The notes beneath the pieces were generated by a model. That model worked only from the letters and a program-made list of their open reading frames with translations, did no database searches and was not told the DNA's origin. Both the position numbers and the translations under genes were made by a program. From Candidatus Saccharimonadota bacterium (GTDB taxonomy: Bacteria; Pseudomonadota; Gammaproteobacteria; Enterobacterales; Enterobacteriaceae), in NCBI RefSeq assembly GCF_900128735.1, contig NZ_LT667503.1:90001-122000 (forward strand): a DNA stretch of 32,000 bases, written 5' to 3'. Positions 28,476 through 32,000 of the stretch are shown piece after piece (position 1 is the first letter of the stretch; the number at the start of each line of letters is the position of its first letter).

Positions 28476-28506
28476 TAAATGGGGTCAGTTTATCTGGCGT
28501 CAAGGG
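28476..28506 (-). promoter_or_regulatory. Sigma-32 (RpoH) heat-shock promoter of dnaK-dnaJ
   Basis: The minus strand reads aaCCCTTGAC-gccagataaactga-CCCCATTTActt. The -35 CCCTTGA is at 28500-28506 and the -10 CCCCATTTA at 28476-28484. This matches the sigma-32 consensus (CCCTTGAA ... CCCCATnT) and has the same spacing I recall for E. coli dnaK P1 (CCCTTGAT-gacgtggtttacga-CCCCATTTA). It lies about 87 nt upstream of the dnaK ATG and is a G+C island in an AT-rich spacer. Confidence 0.8.
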
Positions 28507-28761
28507 TTAATAGAAAAATTAATTTATAAAAGATATTTTGATTTATTTCTTTTTTTTTAAAATTTTTTTTTAATTTAGTTTGATATATTTTTATAAAAAA
28601 TAATTATTTATTTTCTATTAAATGATATAATTAATTTTCTTGACTCTCATTGAGTATTTTATTTTTTAATAATCAAAATATCTATATATTCACTTTTTAT
28701 ATTTTAAATAAAAAAATATATTGTGCATAGATATTGATATACCATTAATAAGATTTTAATT

Positions 28762-29139
28762 ATGACATTACATGATAAAAGACAGATTTACAATTTTTTA
28801 TTTTTTTCTTTAGGTGGTTTTCTAATTAGTATGATTATGTTGTTATTCGGTTTTTTTTTAGGCGCAAAATCAAATTCTGAAAATAGTAGGAATATACCTT
28901 TTGAGTCTGGGGTTAATTCTTTTGGGCGAGTAAATTTACAAATTCCAATTCATTTTTCTTTATTTGCTATTTTTTTTGTTATTTTTGATGTGGAATCTTG
29001 TTATTTATATTTATGGTCAGTTAATGTTATAGAGGTAGGTTGGGTAGGTTTTTTAGAAATGTCTTTCTTTATTATGATCTTTTTGATTACAATTATTTAT
29101 TTAATTAAAACAAATATGTTAAAATGGATTTTATCTTAA
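28762..29139 (+). CDS. nuoA: NADH-quinone oxidoreductase subunit A
   Basis: 125-aa protein with three hydrophobic segments. NIPFESGVNSFG...FFVIFDVESCYLYLWS...VGWVGFLE matches E. coli NuoA NVPFESGIDSVG...FFVIFDVEALYLFAWS...SGWVGFVE. It is shorter than E. coli at the C-terminus. Confidence 0.9.
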   Translation: MTLHDKRQIYNFLFFSLGGFLISMIMLLFGFFLGAKSNSENSRNIPFESGVNSFGRVNLQIPIHFSLFAIFFVIFDVESCYLYLWSVNVIEVGWVGFLEMSFFIMIFLITIIYLIKTNMLKWILS

Positions 29140-29246
29140 AATTTATTTTTTTTAACTATTTTATTTATTTATTAAATATATTTTTTTTCATGAAAATAAT
29201 ACAAAAGCAATATATCAATGCATTATAGAACAGGAAGTATTAATTT

Positions 29247-29924
29247 ATGAAATATACATTAACACGTGTTCAAAAAAAAAATGATGAATTACAATTATAT
29301 CCATTACGTAAGAAAAAAGTATCTACTGATCCATTTGAAGATTTTATAAAAAAAAATGTTTTCTTTGGCAGTATTGCAAAATTTTTTCATAAATGTGTTA
29401 ATTGGGGACGTAAAAATTCTTTATGGCCTTATAATTTTGGTTTATCATGTTGTTACGTAGAAATGGTTACTGCTTTTACATCTATACATGATATATCTCG
29501 TTTTGGTTCAGAAGTTTTACGTGCATCTCCTAGGCAAGCAGATTTTATGGTTATTGCCGGAACGCCTTTTATAAAAATGGCTCCGGTAATACAAAGATTG
29601 TATGATCAAATGTTAGAACCTAAATGGGTTATTTCTATGGGCTCTTGTGCTAATTCTGGTGGTATGTATGATGTTTATTCAGTAGTCCAAGGTGTTGATA
29701 AATTTATTCCAGTAGATATTTACATTCCAGGCTGTCCTCCAAGACCTGAAGCCTATATACATGGTTTACAATTGTTACAAGAATCTATTTCGAAAGAACA
29801 TAGACCTTTATCATGGGTTATAGGAGAACAAGGTGTCTATAAAGCTAATTTTTCTTCGGAAAAGAAAAAAAAACGCATTAATAGAATTTCTATTACAGAT
29901 ATTTCGAGTGATGATGTACTTTAG
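29247..29924 (+). CDS. nuoB: NADH-quinone oxidoreductase subunit B
   Basis: MKYTLTRV...[23 protein letters not shown]...[16 protein letters not shown]...[32 protein letters not shown]...GCPPRPEA is near-identical to E. coli NuoB, and the N2 cluster cysteines are present. An AGGAAG SD lies upstream. Confidence 0.98.
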   Translation: MKYTLTRVQKKNDELQLYPLRKKKVSTDPFEDFIKKNVFFGSIAKFFHKCVNWGRKNSLWPYNFGLSCCYVEMVTAFTSIHDISRFGSEVLRASPRQADFMVIAGTPFIKMAPVIQRLYDQMLEPKWVISMGSCANSGGMYDVYSVVQGVDKFIPVDIYIPGCPPRPEAYIHGLQLLQESISKEHRPLSWVIGEQGVYKANFSSEKKKKRINRISITDISSDDVL

Positions 29925-30040
29925 AAATTTTCTAATTGTTTTTATAAGCATATTTTATCTTTCTCTTATTGTATATTATTAAATTTAAATTCAGGTTTTA
30001 TTTTTTAATATACTTTTAAAAAAATTTATATAATATATCT

Positions 30041-31801
30041 ATGAAAAATATTTTAAAAAGCTCTATCGTTTCTGCTTTATTTCAGTTTTTTGGAAAAGAA
30101 AATTTTTTTGTTCAAAAAACTCTTTTAGATTTTCCTGTTTTATGGGTTTCTCGTTCATTATTATTTCAAGTAATTCAATTTATATATTCTTTTCAAGAAA
30201 ATACATATTCAATATTATTAGATCTACATGGTGTAGATGAAAGATTTCGAAAAAACTGTATTTTTCCTGATGTCATTGTTGATTTTTCTGTATTTTATCA
30301 TTTTATTTCAATTAATAACTGTAGTGAGTTAATGGTTAAAGTTGCTGTATCAATAGATGACTTAAAATTACCTACAATTACCTCTATTTTTATGAATGCT
30401 AATTGGTATGAACGTGAAACATGGGAAATGTTTGGTATAGTTTTTACTAATCATCCTCATTTAACACGTATTTTAATGCCTCATAATTGGGAAGGTCATC
30501 CGTTAAGAAAAGATTATCCGTCACGAGCTACAGAATTTGATCCCTTTTTTTTTAATAAACAAAAAGAAAATTTAGCGATGGAAAATCTTAATTTTAAACC
30601 TGAATCTTGGGGTTTAAAAGAAAATCAAGATGGATTAGAGTATATGTTTTTAAATTTAGGTCCGAATCATCCTTCTTCTCATGGTGCTTTTCGTATCATT
30701 TTACAGTTATATGGCGAGAAAATTATTAATTGTGTTCCAGATATCGGGTATCATCATCGAGGCGCCGAAAAAATTGCAGAAAGACAGTCTTGGCATAGTT
30801 ATATTCCATATACTAATCGTGTTGAGTATTTAGGCGGGTGTATTAATGAAATGCCTTATATATTAGCAGTAGAAAAATTAGCTGGTATTGTGGTACCGAG
30901 TAAAGTTGAAGTTATTCGTGTTCTTCTTTCTGAATTATTTCGCATTAATAGTCATTTAGTATTTATTTCAACATTTATTCAAGATACCGGTAGTATGAGT
31001 ACTGTTTTTTTAGCTTTTACAGATCGACAGATTATTTATGATTTAATTGAAGAGATTACAGGGGCTCGTATGCATCCTGCTTGGTTTCGTATAGGAGGAG
31101 TAGCTAAAGATTTACCAAAAAATTGGTATATTTTATTGGAAAAATTTTTATCTTGGCTTCCGAAAAGATTAGATTTTTATATGAATATTGCTTTAAAAAA
31201 TAGCATTTTAATTGCTCGATCCAAAGGTGTAGCTGTATATAATCGTAAAAATGCTTTGTCATGGGGGATAACTGGAGCAGGATTACGAGCAACAGGAATT
31301 AATTTTGATGTACGGAAATGGAAACCTTATTCTGGTTATCAAAATTTTGATTTTGAAATACCAGTTGGTGAATATAAAAGCGATGCTTATACTCGCGTTT
31401 TATTAAAAGTAGAAGAAATTAGACAAAGTTTAAAAATATTACAACAGTGTTTAAAGAATATGCCGTCAGGACCATTTAAATCAGATCATCCATTAGCGAC
31501 TCCACCTGATAAGTCTAATGTAATGCAGCATATTGAAACAATGATCACGCATTTTTTACAAGTTTCTTGGGGTTTAATTATCCCAGCAAATGAAAGTTTA
31601 CAGATGGTTGAGGCGTCTAAGGGTGTTAATAGTTATTATTTAATTAGTGATGGCGGAACTATGAGTTATAGAACTAGAATTCGAACGCCAAGCTTTGCAC
31701 ATTTACAACAAATACCATCAGTAATTTGTGGTTCTTTAATCTCAGATTTAATTGTTTATTTAGGAAGTATTGATTTTGTTATGTCCGATGTTGATCGTTA
31801 A
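30041..31801 (+). CDS. nuoC: NADH-quinone oxidoreductase fused subunit C/D
   Basis: 586 aa, collinear with the fused E. coli NuoCD ([75 protein letters not shown]). The C-terminus [12 protein letters not shown] is identical to E. coli. Confidence 0.97.
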   Translation: MKNILKSSIVSALFQFFGKENFFVQKTLLDFPVLWVSRSLLFQVIQFIYSFQENTYSILLDLHGVDERFRKNCIFPDVIVDFSVFYHFISINNCSELMVKVAVSIDDLKLPTITSIFMNANWYERETWEMFGIVFTNHPHLTRILMPHNWEGHPLRKDYPSRATEFDPFFFNKQKENLAMENLNFKPESWGLKENQDGLEYMFLNLGPNHPSSHGAFRIILQLYGEKIINCVPDIGYHHRGAEKIAERQSWHSYIPYTNRVEYLGGCINEMPYILAVEKLAGIVVPSKVEVIRVLLSELFRINSHLVFISTFIQDTGSMSTVFLAFTDRQIIYDLIEEITGARMHPAWFRIGGVAKDLPKNWYILLEKFLSWLPKRLDFYMNIALKNSILIARSKGVAVYNRKNALSWGITGAGLRATGINFDVRKWKPYSGYQNFDFEIPVGEYKSDAYTRVLLKVEEIRQSLKILQQCLKNMPSGPFKSDHPLATPPDKSNVMQHIETMITHFLQVSWGLIIPANESLQMVEASKGVNSYYLISDGGTMSYRTRIRTPSFAHLQQIPSVICGSLISDLIVYLGSIDFVMSDVDR

Positions 31802-31840
31802 AAAAAATTTTTTAATATATGATTAATTATAGGAAATATA

Positions 31841-32000
31841 ATGAGTTTTCAATTAAGTAAAAAAGAAATTATAGAAATTAATTTAAAAAAAAAATGTTAT
31901 TTAGATAATCGAGCAGTCTCTATAGAAGCTTTAAAGATTGTTCAAAAAAATAGAAAATGGATTTGTATAGAGGCAATTGTTGCGATAGCTAATTTATTAG
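31841..32000 (+). CDS. nuoE: NADH-quinone oxidoreductase subunit E, N-terminal part (3' end outside the window)
   Basis: ATG 31841 follows an AGGAAA SD. MSFQLSKKEIIEINLKKKCYLDNRAVSIEALKIVQKNRKWICIEAIVAIANLL aligns with E. coli NuoE ...ELSAAEREAIEHEMHHYEDPRAASIEALKIVQKQRGWVPDGAIHAIADVL. Confidence 0.9.
   Translation, partial: MSFQLSKKEIIEINLKKKCYLDNRAVSIEALKIVQKNRKWICIEAIVAIANLL

Noticed and set aside
28639-28670. TTGACT (28639-28644) as the -35 box of a sigma-70 nuo promoter
   Set aside because: No acceptable -10 hexamer lies 16-18 nt downstream, only T-runs. In DNA this AT-rich, hexamer matches are not informative without transcript mapping.
8137-29196. Numerous A:T-only palindromes, e.g. 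8137-8167, 15912-15925, 21470-21487 and ttttcatgaaaa at about 29185-29196
   Set aside because: Perfect A:T palindromes of 12-18 bp are expected frequently at this base composition. They are mentioned in context where relevant but not called as independent functional elements.
1544-31292. Other short track ORFs: 1544..1756(-), 3416..3610(-), 10184..10369(+), 10738..10923(-), 11427..11618(-), 15090..15311(-), 17517..17702(-), 18239..18439(+), 20844..21071(+), 31104..31292(-)
   Set aside because: Each is nested in, or antisense to, a conserved gene (thrS, infC/rpmI, glyS, glyQ, nfo, apaH, carB, dapB, nuoCD). None has a motif, an SD or independent support.
1-32000. Search for a novel multi-gene system (defence, toxin-antitoxin, secretion, mobile element, CRISPR, prophage, tRNA or rRNA genes)
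   Set aside because: Every ORF of substantial length is either a recognisable housekeeping gene or an antisense or out-of-frame shadow of one. The spacers are short and almost pure A+T, and none has an ORF of 60 codons or more. I saw no repeat-spacer periodicity, no terminal inverted repeats flanking a transposase-like ORF, and no G+C-rich cloverleaf-sized blocks.

Overview
The window reads as a housekeeping segment of an extremely AT-rich, reduced gammaproteobacterial endosymbiont genome. Gene content and order fit Buchnera aphidicola, possibly a small-genome lineage, but that identification rests on remembered gene order and no search was run. I support 27 genes, two of them cut by the window edges. 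They are aroH', thrS-infC-rpmI-rplT-pheS-pheT-ihfA (+), glyS-glyQ (-), nfo (frameshifted) and rplY (+), yabI (-), rsmA-apaH (+), carB-carA-dapB-ileS (-), rpsT (+), dnaJ-dnaK (-), and nuoA-nuoB-nuoCD-nuoE' (+). I found no tRNA, rRNA, CRISPR array, IS element, prophage, defence system or toxin-antitoxin system, and no convincing candidate for a new multi-gene system. All large ORFs outside the listed genes are antisense or out-of-frame shadows of conserved genes. The interesting signals are signs of genome erosion. (1) nfo is intact except for one +1 frameshift inside a T10A6 homopolymer. (2) ThrRS has lost nearly all editing-site residues, and the PheRS beta editing domain is also degenerate. 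(3) The ApaH catalytic motif GNHD reads GNND. (4) Four spacers sit where ribF, lspA-fkpB-ispH, folA and apaG lie in the collinear E. coli 0-1.2 min region. (5) Several ancestral regulatory signals survive as G+C-containing islands in AT-rich spacers: a near-perfect sigma-32 promoter for dnaK, the AUU start of infC, the UUG start of rpsT, and a few hairpins. All protein comparisons use E. coli sequences recalled from memory and need real alignments.
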